Source: Bugula neritina (taxonomy: Eukaryota; Animalia; Bryozoa). From it: DNA of 64,000 nucleotides. The stretch spans positions 7,411,190 through 7,475,189 of the forward strand of contig OZ037771.1 of the NCBI GenBank assembly GCA_964035545.1. Reading direction: 5' to 3'. Below are positions 34,401-48,881 of the stretch, in pieces (position 1 is the stretch's first letter; each line of letters opens with the position of its first letter). The notes under the pieces were generated by a model, which did no database searches, was not told where the DNA came from, and was given only the letters and a program-made list of their open reading frames with translations. The position numbers and the translations under genes were made by a program.

Positions 34401-37400
34401 TGAGTATATAACATAAAATAGGTATAACATAGTAAGTACATTACATAATGAAACTAACAAGCTGTAGTAAAACTATTATATGCTTTACAGTAGACTGCAA
34501 ATAAAGCAGCTCAACTGTTGTTTTTGCCATTGAATACTGGTGTAACAAAAGAAACCTTATTAGCTACTACTACTACAGTTTACACTCAACATTGTAGGAA
34601 TACAATAGAGATTATAGAGAATATATTATTATAGAGTAAAATATATTATCTATAAACTATAGCTAATAGAGTATAATATGTGTTCTATAACCTCTAAGGT
34701 ATAGATTAGACTTTAGAGCATAGATTATAGATTATAAAGTAGAAATTATAGAATACAAATCAGTTTATTTTATATACTATGGAGTACATATTATAGACTA
34801 TAGAGGATAGATCCTAGATTATAGAGTACATATTATAGACTATAGAGGATAGATCCTAGATTATAGAGTGCAAATAAAAGTATATATCATATAATAAGTA
34901 TACAAAGCTGTAGTAAAACCTATCAACTACAGCAGCTACTATTACTTCTACTGGCAGAGTATAACTCTAGATATAACCGTGTACTACTGCTCATACTGCT
35001 GTACTGTAGCCTACCTACTGCTCATACTGCTGTACTGTAGCCTATAACCAACTGCAATTAATTTGAATACAGCAGATACAACCCAGCAGTGAAAACGGCT
35101 GTTATTAGTTTATTAACCTTTCTTAGAACTTATAATGGTAATGCTGCCTGCTAATTACTTAATAAATTGTCTGTAAGCAATAACTTCAGCAGCAGGCTTT
35201 TAGATTCCAGAGAAATATTTCAGCCAAGCAAGGTAATTCTACTATTTACCTATTAGATGAAGCCTTCACTAACATAACAATATCAAATAAAAAATTAAAA
35301 TAAACAGAATAATATTAATTGAAAAAAAAAACAGGCATATTGTAGATTTATAACTACAAGTTGAAACGAAAAGTTAGGACATTTACTCTCACAAAGATAG
35401 AATTTCATTTAGTAATTGGATATCTCCAAGATAACCTCTACTAAAATATTTCCCATAGCTGATGCGCAGCTTTGATATATAATACAGTCTTTGGTCATGT
35501 GCTGGAGATATTATCCATCTACACGCAGCCTAACAACATACTCTTTAAAATAGAAGGATTGCTAGGCAGTTAGCACTGTGTTATTAGTGGTTGCCACCCA
35601 ACAGATACGATCTGTGAAGAATTTCTACAGTAGCCTGGAGAACTTCATTGAATAGTTTAGAAAGCCTATACACCTGGCGTGGGTGTTGAACAAGTGAATC
35701 AACAGAATGGAGAACCCCCCAACCCTTCTCTCTTATATTTACTCTACCAGTCCCACCAAGGGTACCATAAGAAACTCTGTGATAGACTGCAAAGCAGACC
35801 CTAATTCTTCAATAAGATGTGCTCATGTTGTGTATAATTGTAAGGGCAGCTGGCTTACCTATCACTCATATTCTGTCCTTACAAACTACATTGAAAGCCC
35901 ATTTAAATATTTAAAACGATAGAAATACTGACATGTTATATCATATCCATAGTGGAAAAACACCCTTATATCCATGATAGATATACATGCCGGAGAAGCC
36001 TCACTGATTTGCAAAGGAAATACATTAATCATGGATCACCAACTCTTTTAAAAGAAACTGAATTCCTTGTAATCATAATTATAACAAATATATAATGTTA
36101 GACTCTATAAGGTCAATAAAAGACAAATGATAACACTAGTATAAATATGAAACAGTTTGGTATAAGTAAGAATCCTGGAGAAAACTAGTAAAAGAGGCAA
36201 AACCAGGACAGGCTGAAGATAGATACCGTAAGAGAGGCGAAATAGGGATAGGGCTGAAGTTTTATCCAAGTGCAGTTGAGATCACCTTAGCTAAAGAAGT
36301 AGCACACAGTACACAGACAAGTATTGCACTTTACGTCATCCTCCCACTCAGCTGTAGTAGTCTGTCACCTGGAACTGGAACTGCACCCTTAAAAGCCATA
36401 ATCCCGAAAGTACACCGGTTTGTTATGTTATAATTGAAACCTCTAGATTAACATAAACGAAAACCCAGCATTTGGAAGTTTTGAGTGAGAAATGGTATCT
36501 CTATGGTAACCCAATATTGCCCCAAGTTTAAGCACAATTGTACCCTGCCAGTTTCCCTGTAGCAAGCATTCCATTATACTTCACAGTTTAACAGACAGCT
36601 CAACATGATGGTGAAATAGAAATTAGCTAGATATTGTTTTGTGTGCCCTATGACTTGACTGTTAATAATATCATAAATAGAAAAATATAAGTTGAAGGAG
36701 CTGCAACTTAACATGACTTATAAGACTAGAATCCCCATTTAAAATTAAAACAAATGATTTTTCCAGTTTCAGTCTAATCCACTGAATAGAATTCTAATTA
36801 CTTGGTATAATCCTATAAATGATTCTGAAGTGCACCGCACCACATCAGTAAACCTATAATAATATAATTGCGTATAATAAACTTGGAGGTTACTCTATTA
36901 ATTATGACTTGGTTATATTAGATTATATATCTAACTACAGGACATAAAACACTTTATTGTTAAAGAAATAACTTCAAACTTTGCCAGGACTAACTATTTT
37001 AAGTAGACAGCTAACTAATTAATCATTGCTATGGAAGCCAGGTGGGGCTTCATAAATCCTCAACTGCAAATAAATAGTTTCACTCAACGATGTCTACAAG
37101 ATATGCAGCTAGAGTTATAGAAAGTTTTCTGTGTGTGACAGTCTGGAATGCCTCATCAACTTGTATCAAACAATATTTCAGTGACAACCAATTAGAGCTG
37201 TGAACAACCACACTACACGCATGCTATGTATATAATGTATAGTATATACTGTAATATAAGCATAGGGTTGTAGGGTTATTACACAACACGCAGCTAGGGT
37301 ATTATATTACTAGCGTTACTTTCTATAGAATTATTATATTTCAGTATAGGCATACAATAGGCTCCCAGTAACTAATGACCACTACACTAACAATGAAACA

Positions 37401-40400
37401 TAATTGTTAATGTGAGTCACTGATCTCATGCATCTTACAAGATGATTAAGATGGAGAGAAAGATACAAGGCAAATTTGCTGCCTTTTCCTGCTGCCCTTT
37501 TCTGTTACTAGTAATGCAGCACATCTAACTTTTTTAATAAAGTAGTTGTCTAGGTTTCATTCACAGTGGATGCCCTCAAACCCTACACCCCTAGCCCCTA
37601 ACACAGGCAAATAACTGCAAATGCTACTGAATATAACTAAACTTGGTAAGGTGAGATTTATGAGTTGAAAAAGCGTTACTTTGACAAAAAACAACTGAAG
37701 AAATCTCAGGCTTTTATAAAAAAATATTAGCATGTAGCAATGTAGCGTATTTATATGTTTGTTGTTACTAAATTTACAATTCCTATATCATTGTGGAATA
37801 TATGCCCAGAAGGCTTGCCAAATGCAATCTTAATCGGATCAGTAAGTTTTAAACTTCTAAAAATATCTTAACTGCGCCCAGGTGACAGAAGATGTTCAGA
37901 TATTATGTTAAATCATGCTGTTTGAACGCTGCACTAACAAAAACCTCCTGTTTAATTTTTCCGTTTGGAAATTATCGGACATAGTGATTGTAAAATAACA
38001 ATAGTAATATATTAGGTTTACTTCAATTTAAAAATAATAAAGGTAATATTAATAATAATAATACTATTCTTATTATGATTGCATCGGTGTTGATATTGCT
38101 ACTACTACTACTAGTAATAGTAGTACTACTACCAGTACCAGTAGTAGTAATAATCATAAATAAATATTATGATTATCACATATAATCACAAATACAAATA
38201 TAAATATTATTATAATTATTATCATTATGACTAATAGTAAATGTAATACTCTAATAGTAGTAGTAATATTAATGCTGTAAGCATAAGCACAACTCTGAGT
38301 ATTACTAGTAGTAGTACTAATACTATTAGTATTACTAATACTAATACTAATAGTAATACTAATACTAATAGTAGTACAAGTATTAGTAGTATAAAAGTAG
38401 TATTACTATTACCAGTAATAATATTGCTATTAAACCATTAGTATTAGTATAAGTATTACTATTAGTATTAGTAATGGTTATACTAATACTAATAATAATA
38501 TTAATAATAATAGTATTACATTTACATTAACTTTAACTTTAAGTTTAGGCTTACAGCTTAAGTCTTAACTATTAGTATTACTAATATTATTATTATAATT
38601 ATTAGTATTACTATTACTATTAGTATTTGTATTAGTATTACTACTAGTTGTAGTTGTTATATTACTATTAGTGCTAGACATAATAACAAATTAAATATCA
38701 ACATAAATACCTAGTTCAAAGTCAGAATGAAACTGAAAGTCAAAGTAAAAATCAAAATGCAGATTCACATTCACATTGAGTGATTGACATTGTCATACTC
38801 ATACTCATAGTCATTGTGATCAAGATTTGTTGTTTGATTATTTACCAGGTTTTTCTACAGCAAGTTTATGGGCTGAATGTTAAAAATGGTAAGAGACTGA
38901 ACGTGTAACCAACGTCGACTTACACTCAGGTTAAAGATGATCTTGTTTACTCCATTAACTTCTACAAGAAACTTGAAAGTAAATCGTAGGATGCAACTGT
39001 AGTTATTGAATTACTAACGGAAATGCCTTTTAAGGAATAACGCAAAATAAAGGTTTTAAGGTTATGACAATATTTCGGGTGGAATCTCATAACACGACGA
39101 GTTCCTGTTCACTGAAAGAATACGAGCTATTTGTGAGAGCCGACAACTTACAATTCCAGTTGCAAACCAAAGCAATAGCAATAGTATTTAGCGCCATGAA
39201 ACCATTAAAGTATTACCTAATCAGTTTTAAAAATGGAACATTTATTTTTATCACATTAAAGTGTTCAATGTGGCACATAATTACTTTGTAGAATAAGCAA
39301 TTGGCAGCAGCTCTATAAGTTTTTATAAAGCTGAATCACTGTTGGAATTTTAGATATAGAAGAGACTAGAATTTAAAAAAGATAATTCAAATGGGAAAAC
39401 TATAGCTAACTTTTAGCTGTAGTCTATTGCTTTGGCTTAAATTTTTTTTTCTCGCAGAATCAGCCTTTTATATTTTTAAAACAAGCTATCAAAAATATTG
39501 AAAATGTTATACAATCAACCTTTGACTATACAATTATGTACTATCAATTATATCTATAATATCATGAAAAGCAGCTATGTGTCTTTAGCATTTCTGATTT
39601 TTCCACAGCACCTTAAATAATTTCAATCTTATAATGAGATATGACAGCCATGGCTTCTAAGGATCATGCTTTATCAAATTATTTTATAGTTGCTTTTCAT
39701 AGTAGGTATAGAGAATGTTGACAAAAATATCAATTATTTTAACACAAAGTTAACAACAGCCTAGTTACTAGTTATTTCACAGCCTGTAGAACTTGTGGTT
39801 ATCTTGATTTCCTTGAAAGAAACTTTTTTAGTACTGGCATTTATTTAGAATAAATACAGTCAAACTTTTTAACCCGTTAAATAACACCATCATTATTATG
39901 GTGCTACAGATCATTAGGTCAGAGTTATCATCTCACTTTTTTATACATGAAAGAATAACCCTTGATGTATTGAGTTGGTCACTGTTAAACGCTATGAAAT
40001 ACTCAAAAATTGATAAAATGCTAGCACTTATCATGAATACTAATAAACATTTAAAATTTATGCTACAGGGTAATCCAAGAACTTCGAAATTTAATAAAAT
40101 GCACTCGGAGCACCAACATATTGGAATTATCTGCTATAAAATGCTGTTGACATGCTTATAACAAGATAAACTTGTTTACTGGCCCCTCCAACGTGTTGAT
40201 TGGTTGTTGTAAAACTTATTGTCATTGAACAAATATCTGCACGTGATCAAACCCGTGCACGATAGCAAACATTGCTACAACAAATTACATCTTTCATTTA
40301 CAACGCAAATCTAAGTTAAACTTTCAGCAGTAGCCACCTCCACTGGTTTGAAGAAATGCAACATCTTAACAGCGTGTGATTAGAATTTTTGAGGTTAAAA

Positions 40401-41864
40401 GTTAAAAGATATCATACTTAAACAAGGGACATATCTTCACAGATGTATTACTATTTGTAATGTAAGAATAAGATCGTCAACTCTCAAGTCGAAGACCAAG
40501 TCTAAACACTAATACTAATAGTTATAGTAATAGTAATATTAGTAAGTAAACTGTCAGTAGTACTACGTCTACTACCACTACTAGTTATCGTGGTAGTGAA
40601 AGTAAGTATATTGGTACTCATACACTGTTACCTTTATGATACAGTGATACTCATTTACATTGATTTAAATAGCGATACTCCGAGACTCAAGCCCGAAGTC
40701 AGTTTGAGTTTCAGTTTCAGACTTGCTCTCAATCTTAATCAACGATTGGAAGTTTTACGTTGAGTTGCAAGTTAAACTACAACTTACAACATTAACCAAT
40801 ACTGACGCCTTAAGTTCAAGTTTAGTAGTAATAATTTGAGTAAAAACTGAAAAGTGAACAGTAACACTAACAGTACGACAAAAAGTTAAATACTTGAAGG
40901 ATATCGATTGCAGAGCTTTAATCAAAAACGAAAGGCAATAGTTGCTGTCAAGGTGAGTACTAATATTTGTTGCTTTGCTATTTTATACCTGTTAAAAAGT
41001 TGTTCTAATATTGTAATAATATTAAATCAATTGTTGGAAAATTAGGGTTAGTTCTGATTTTAAATAATACTAATGCAGTAATTGTAAACTCAGTAAGTGT
41101 GTTACTTATTCAATTTCATACTGATGGTGATATACTGATATTATGCTACGAGTGTGACTATTTGCCATTTATCATTACGGTGACATCATGGGTAAACATC
41201 TCTCTGCCTTTAAGAGATAGATTTTGATTTTAACCTGATTTAACTTTCGATTGAATTTGAAGTGTTACCCATTCACTGAATCTGATACTTAAAAAGAGAT
41301 GAATTAGATGTTTGCAATCTAAGTAGATTTTTCAAAATTAGTAGTAGTTTTGAATGTTAGACTTCTTAGCTATAATTTTTTTACTTCAGCATCTGAAGGA
41401 AATGTTTTTGATTTGAAACCTGCTACATTAAACACCTAAATGAAAGACTACCGATTCCAATTTAAATTGTGCATTTAAATGTATAGCTTTTGAATGAGCT
41501 GCATTTAAAAATCTCATTTGCCCCAAGTCCCTATCCTATTCCTTCCTGATAGGTTTTTTTCATTTTGAAATTGGTTAAAAATATTAGATCAATTCATTGA
41601 CAACTTGCTACTTTATAAGTATTGCAATTCTGGAACCTTGTTACTATTGTAAGTATAAGATAAAATGTGTGAGATGTTAGGGCTAAATTTCAAATTGCAA
41701 CTGGAGAGGAATTTAATATAGTAATATATTAATTTAGATAATGAACTATAGTAACAAGTATTAGATTACGCTGTGAGCCCATAGCTGATAGTGACACTTT
41801 TGTAAAAACATTTATTTTTATTACTTACTTTTAATATATAATAGTTTATAAAGAAGTTGAAGAG

Positions 41865-44800
41865 ATGTCTGAATACAGACTGAGAGCTTTGCTAGAAGAT
41901 CGTGGTTTTGTTTCTCAGCTGAGAAGTTCGGAGAGCTACAACAATCAGCACTTTCTCAACAGCAATAACAACAACTCTGTCAATGCTGCCTTTAACGCTC
42001 CAAAAGGTGAAGGCAGCAGCAGCTATCAACTAGACTCCAGCTGTCAGTACTCATCCATCAAGCAAAGCTATGTGTATGGAACAGAGGCTGGGCTTTACGG
42101 CAACGACAAAGTTGCTGATAACAAAACCTTCAGCCCCGAACCTCCCCAACAGCTTCAAGTGGAGACCAAAATCCGTATGTATTATCAACTATTTAGGCAC
42201 TGCTGATATCTCTTATGTTTCAAAGGCTAAGAGCAGTAGTGTGGTAGATTTTAGAAATAGCCTGTGGACTAGTATTTTTTTAGAATACGTAGGTAATACT
42301 GGTTCCATTTCATCCGCTTTGGTTTCTAAGAATAACTCCCATCTGCTGAAAAATTATGTTTTGTCAAGTTTTAGTCCAGTGAGAGCTGGCACAGCCAGTA
42401 AGTTGAAAGTGCAACTAGTATGTTTGTATTCAGCTACTACTGTCTGGCTACTCAATGCCTCCATTATGTATGTTCAACTTATTTATTTTTTGTAAAGAAT
42501 TCTTCTGCAGGCTTTGTTAATTATTGTTTGGAATATGCATTTATAATGCAGCAATTTTGGTCCTGAAGTAAATCAACCATCACACTGACAGGCGGCCTTC
42601 TAGTGTTGCAACCAACTATTAGCCCGCCCTGCATGTATTCTACTATAGTTAGTTTGTCACCAGTTCTTTTATTCTTTAAACTTATGACTTTGTAAAAATT
42701 TCATCTAGCTGTTACAGCAAGGCAGGTGGTTTTTCAAGCTGCTGGTTGTAATAAAATGTACAAATTAAGGGCGAAATTAGTTTTAAATACAGTTGAGGGA
42801 AATATAAAGCAAAATTTGCTTAGTATTACTGCTATCAAAAGTTTCAGGGATCTGCTATTGAACCCTTTTACTATTGGAGATAATCACCCAGATTTCAGCA
42901 CACCAAAGATGTTTCTCCATCTTTTAATTCTGACTATGTGAGAGTCTTGCATTGTTCAATGTTTACCAAATTTATGCACAAGGAAAGTATGAAGATTTAT
43001 TCTGTAGGCGCTGAGAATGGATTTGGCAACGAAATTGGCTACTCAACTGTGCAGCAGAGCAACGCGGTGCTCCACGACAACATCTGGGATAACTGGGAGT
43101 GCATGGACTTGGACGAGTTCCTAGATGAGACTGGGCTAGCTGCCGACTTCAATGAAGTGATAACCAAGCCGGCACCCGCTGTTTCGTCATCTCCTGTGCT
43201 CAGTTCTCGGGCTAGCCCTAACCTTCATATGGTGAGTAACTAGTCCAGTTACCAGTTCATTTGGTTGATTAGTTTGAGTGTTTCTTGTTGGACTAACCTT
43301 TAATATCAGCCATATTTTTATCTTGAATATAACTGAAAGATATTATCTTGGTATCACTAATCTTCTTAGAAAAACTAGTAGAAATAATAAACGAAATAGA
43401 GGGGTGTGTGCAACTTGAGTAGATAAGAGTATTAATAGTAAAGCTGAAATAATTTCTCCTATAATATTGCAAAAGTAGGTTTCATGTCTAGTTTTAGTTG
43501 ATTTTTCTGATAAAACAACCACATTTTGTCTAAAAATTTACTGAAAAATGGGATATACCGACCACTCTGTATTATGGGTTATATGTATTGTGTGGTTAGA
43601 CTTAGATCAAACTATGTGTTGAAAACTTTTCATTTTTCAAGGGTTTGTGCAAATAATTCTTACTTTATTGCAGCACAAAATTATCTCGAAACTGTAAATT
43701 ATCAATATCGCCTGTGAAAATAAAAAAAGTGGCTGTTGAAATTTTCTATTTGATATAATTATCTAAATTCGTTTTGACCAGCTAGTAAATTTTAGCACCT
43801 AAGTTGAGTTTTATTTTGATTTAATAAGATATTCCATTCTGGATAATGTGGGACTCAGTTATTTTTAATCGCCTTAACTATGCCAACATGATGAAGTATA
43901 TGGGTTTTATGTTATTAATGGCTTTCATTACGCACAACATAGTATCCAGGTTCCAAGGAAGTTGATGCAAACCTGCCATAAATATTATTACTAAACAACC
44001 ACCACCTTTCCAATAGTGGCAACATTAGATCCTAAATTTAAACCAACAATTGATTTTTTTCAGCGTCACTAAGTGTGCCTCTTACTCAGTTCCATTTTGG
44101 AGCAGCTCGCCATGAACTCTTGCGCCAAATACTCTTGCGTCAATTTTAAAATAAGCATATTTTTGATGGACAACACCTGTAAGATTTATATCAGGTTGAC
44201 TCATTGTTGATTGAAGTTAACCTCTGAAATATCTCAGTCTCCAGTAGAGCAGTGCCGGGTTGAGTGAGGAGTGCCAACTTGGCTCATGTAAATCTGTTGT
44301 TTAATGTAGTAGTCATTACACATCTGAGTAAGCCTTCCTCTATTACTCTAGTCGCCAACTGGCGCACCCATCATTGAGTGTATATTTTACCTCGAAATCC
44401 AAAATTATCATTTTTGCAGCCAAATTTCTAAAAAAACAACATGGGTATCTTTAGACATCAGAATGAAATATGTTTGATGTAAGGTTTCGGTGTTTTCCAT
44501 TTAGTGCCAATGCTCTGGTCACAAAGAATACCATAAACTCCACATTTGGTTGCTAGCTACGGGTTATCACTGTATTGGATGCTCATTGAATTTGTGGTTA
44601 CAGTTTGCATAAACTTATGGTTGAGGTTTCATTGATGCAACTATTTCCAAACATTGAATGAAAAATCTAATAATGCCTAAACTTAGAGACCTGTTGTAGT
44701 ATTTCTACTCCTTCCTGTTTCTTTACAGTCTCCCCAGCACCTGACTGGCAGTCTGAACTCTTCTCCAGCCAGTGCGTTGATGTCCCCAATACAAGCTGTG

Positions 44801-47475
44801 CAGTCACCTATCAGCTTTGGCGTACCATCTCCTCTGGCGTCTTTAGGGAGGGCAGTCAACCCCCTCACCTACGCCTCTCCCAGCGAGACCTCTGGCGCTA
44901 CTTCCCCTGGCAGGACATTCTCTGTAAGAACTTCTCCTGGGAGAGCGTCTCCTGCTAGTTCCCACTGCGGCAGCGATACCTATGGTGGCAGCGATACCTA
45001 TGGCGGCAGCGATACCTATGGCGACAGCATTAGTGCAGCTGAAGATAACAAGACAGGTGAGTTATGTAGTGAGGAAGAATGGTAACAGTTTATAGCTATA
45101 TACTACCTGGCAAAAGGTCTTGAAAACCACTGCTTCTGTTGCTGGTTCAATCACCAGGAAAACCAACAGAATTCAGTTTATGCATTACTAGCTCTGATGT
45201 TTGTAAGCCAGAAGTGATTGATGGTTGGTTAATAGAATGAGTTACTGTTGAAAAAATGGGTTAATCCAGCCGCAATGGCAGGCAAGCTCAGGCACAGCCT
45301 CTATTTTGCAAATAATTGTTTCAACTCATACCTAAGTGCTACATTTTGTTGAGTTGGGGGCTCACCTGCTCTGTGTATGTACTAGGACTAGCTCTGTGTA
45401 TACTACTAGGACTAACTCTGTGTATGTACTAGGACTAGCTCTGTGTATACTACTAGGACTAACTCTGTGTATAGTACTAGGACTAGCTCTGTGTATAGTA
45501 CTAGAACTAACTCTGTGTATGTACTAGGACTAGCTCTGTTCATGATTGTCTCTCTATTGTGCTTTGCTAACCTTAAAACCTTTGACAACACTTATTGTGA
45601 TAATTTCTAACCCTTGACCTTATAAAAAACTGTCATTTTATATTTGTAATATTATAGTGAATATGTTGAACTTGCTGTGCTTTTCATGTCAACTAACCAT
45701 TTTGGGGGTTTCTTGGTGGTACCAGCATCATACTATTGAGTGCTTTAAGTTTAGCGGGCTATGATTACTCAATAAAGGCCTCTGCAGTTGCTAGAGTAAT
45801 ATTGTCATAAGTCATTCTTGGTTTTGTAGAATGTGCCTCAGCGCCTAGCGCTCCCCGTATGGTGAAGAAAAGGAAGTATTCGGAGGATGGCGAAGGATTG
45901 ACTGAAACCTCTGTCCTGGTGGTGCCAGGTGAGACACGCTGTGCATGCAGTTCAATCAGTCCCTGAAGTATTGTGTTATGTTAATGAAATGAGAACGTAG
46001 TGCTGCTACGTTCTGTCATCATCGATTGTCATGAGAAGGCCTTGTAGTTGCTGTATTCATGTTATTAATGTGTATACGATGGTGCAGTTGTTAAAGTTCC
46101 AGGTTACTATGCCCGTAGGAAGTGTTGGACATACCGTTCCATCACATTTGTCAAATAAGTGTCTAAGTTTCCCCATGGCAGTTGATGTGTTTATCTTCCA
46201 ACACGCAAGTGTTATTCGTTGCTCTTCAGCGCTGGCTATTATAGCGTTATTTCAACACTTCCTTTATCCGTGTATTTCTTCTCTTCTCAAGGTCAGGAAG
46301 GGTTTGATCCTGCAGCCGCTAAGTTTGCTCCCGAAGATCTCCAACCTCAGCCAATTATCAAGAAGTCTAAAAAGGTTGGTTTTTGCTTGTCAGACTTTCC
46401 AGACTGCGTAATGCCAGTCTCACAACTACTCCAATTTGTCACTTTTACAACAAAAGTCTCAACTTTAGAAGTCTTTGGCCTCCTATAAAGTCTGGCACTT
46501 TGCTCTAATGTCTAGACTTGAGAGTTTTCTTATAATTTGTTTCAAGCTGCATTTTGTAATCAGAAAATATCCTTTTCTGCCAATACAACTTTTTGGAGGG
46601 GGGGGGGGGCTCACCCAATAGACTAAGCTTGGTCTGTTGTTGCAGAACGTGGGCTATGTTCTCACTTCAGTTTACCACTTAACAGCTTCACCTCACCTTT
46701 GGCTATAATTTTTACACCTTGACTGTCTGTTGCAGTAAATTGAGGCTTATTTGGTCTGCTCTGCTGCTAAAATATACTATTGTTATGGTCACTCACTATC
46801 TGTTTATACATACTTGTACTACCAAGTTATAAATATTCCTCGAATGTTTATATACAGTGTGAGTTGGTCAGTTAGACTGTTGATATAAATTGTCATTGTA
46901 ATGCCCTGCAGCACAAATACTCGTGTTATTCAACATGTTGCAAATGGCGGTACCTTATCACTAGCCATTCCTTTTAGTTGACTGATAAGGCGAAACCTGT
47001 CATATCACGTGCACATTCCATGTAGCACGTTATGTACCAAGCCGATAAAACTAGCTGGTGCATTGCTTATCATTGTCAACTAGCTAACCGACCCATAATG
47101 TGATCCTTTGTTTGTCGTAAACCACTCAGTTGATCGTGTTCATCCAACCGTTAGTAGCATAAACGTTACGCCTGTTTAGAATGTTGGCCAAGTTAGCGAA
47201 TACTTCATTGTAATTGATCAATGGCTGTGATGTTTTAGCAATTTGTTCTGGACGAGAACAAAGATGAAAAGTATTGGAAGAGAAGAAATAAAAATAATGT
47301 GGCTGCCAAAAGGTCGAGGGAGGCTAGAAGAGCGAAAGAGAATCAGATAATTTTGAGGGCTAGTTTTCTGGAGAATGAAGTGGTGAGGTTGACGCAGCTC
47401 TCCGAAGACAAGGACGGTGAAATTCAAAGACTCACTGCACTCGTGAAGCAGTTGCAGAAAGAGCGCAACACTTGA
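41865..47475 (+). CDS. Pdp1: PAR-bZIP transcription factor (HLF/TEF/DBP, Pdp1-like), 426 aa
   Basis: Exons 41865-42174, 43008-43231, 44729-45056, 45830-45928, 46292-46374, 47239-47475. LRALLE N terminus, MDLDEFL activation motif, PAR region [26 protein letters not shown], basic region [30 protein letters not shown] plus zipper. Confidence 0.92.
45368..45540. repeat. ~22-25-bp tandem repeat (TACTAGGACTARCTCTGTGTAT) in a PAR-bZIP intron
   Basis: Direct reading, ~7 units. Confidence 0.9.
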
Positions 47476-48881
47476 AAAGGAATTTATTTTGAATTAAGAG
47501 TTCTTATCAACACATGCCATTGTTCTATAATTTTTAGCATCTGCATTTTATAAATTATCAAATTCTTCTGCAGGGCAATGTCAATATTAATATTAATATA
47601 TTATAATACATTCAATAATATTAGTAGGTGGCCATCAGTTAAACTAGAGATACTCACTTTCCTGTGTATAATTAGTTCCGAAATTGACCCATATGTTTAA
47701 AATATTCATTACACTACAATTCACTTGGGCTGCTTCATATTTACTGCCCTGTATTCGGTGTTGTATTGTTGTAAATTACCAATTGTATTGCTGCATTCTA
47801 TATTTTCATAAAAACTCGGTTGTGATGGTGAATTATTCAGTATTTTTATCAAGTTTTATATCATATCCGGTATTTATCTGTCACTTTGGTATGAGAGTAT
47901 GTTTTCTATTTTTATTGTCAGTAGATGTTGTTTTACAAATTGTCCTAATATGTATGGTAATTGTATGAATATGGGCCAGTTATGTCTACTTTACTGCTAC
48001 TGTAGTTAAACTGACTGACATGGTCTGATTTCATCATCATCCGAAAGACAAGAGTTGAGAGTTAAATTTATTTTTCTCAATTAAATATCAATAAATTGTC
48101 ATGCCAAATATGGCACAGCCCAAATATTGTTACAGTCTAATCTTGCTGCACAATGCACTGTGTTTTACTAGGTATGTGACATTTAGTCACACGTATTGCC
48201 AGGTAGGGGGGGGGGTTGATTATAGAAAGTGGTCTCAGTATCGCAACAATTTATAGATTGGGAACAAAAGCTATATTTATATTTTACACAGATACGTCAT
48301 CCAATACAACATAAACTTCATGTAAAAATTGTGGACGGATTTGACAATATAATAGATAGACCCCATGTAAAGTATACTAGAAGTGCAGCTGTATAATTGG
48401 TTTTCAAGCATGACTGCAAGTGAAATGCCAGCAGCCAACTGTGACGGGAGAGAATACGTATATAGCTGATATTTGGCTAAAGTAATAGTGAGAATATAGC
48501 AGATTATAACAGCTTTCAGCAAGTAAACCTGTGATAACACAGCATTTCACTAAAAAGAAACTTGATAGCAAACAGATCAAACTTACTAGTGCAGTTCTAA
48601 AGAGCACTTGGGCTAAGCATGCAACTGTGCCAGTATTTTTGATGTAAAAAGAAGTGAATTTTATGTGCTGAAACTGTAAAACCTGTTCAAATTGGTTCTT
48701 CCGTTTTTTCTAGTGCTAAAATGTTGACAATATTAGTAATTAGTAATCATAAGATTGTCTAAAAAACCCCAACAGTTTCCAACACACCAAAAGTTCTTCA
48801 TAAAATAGAAAAATTAAATAATTATAGGGAGGATATGGGCTAGAAAGACTGTTGGAACTGTAGTTTCAACATCTGGTGCCT

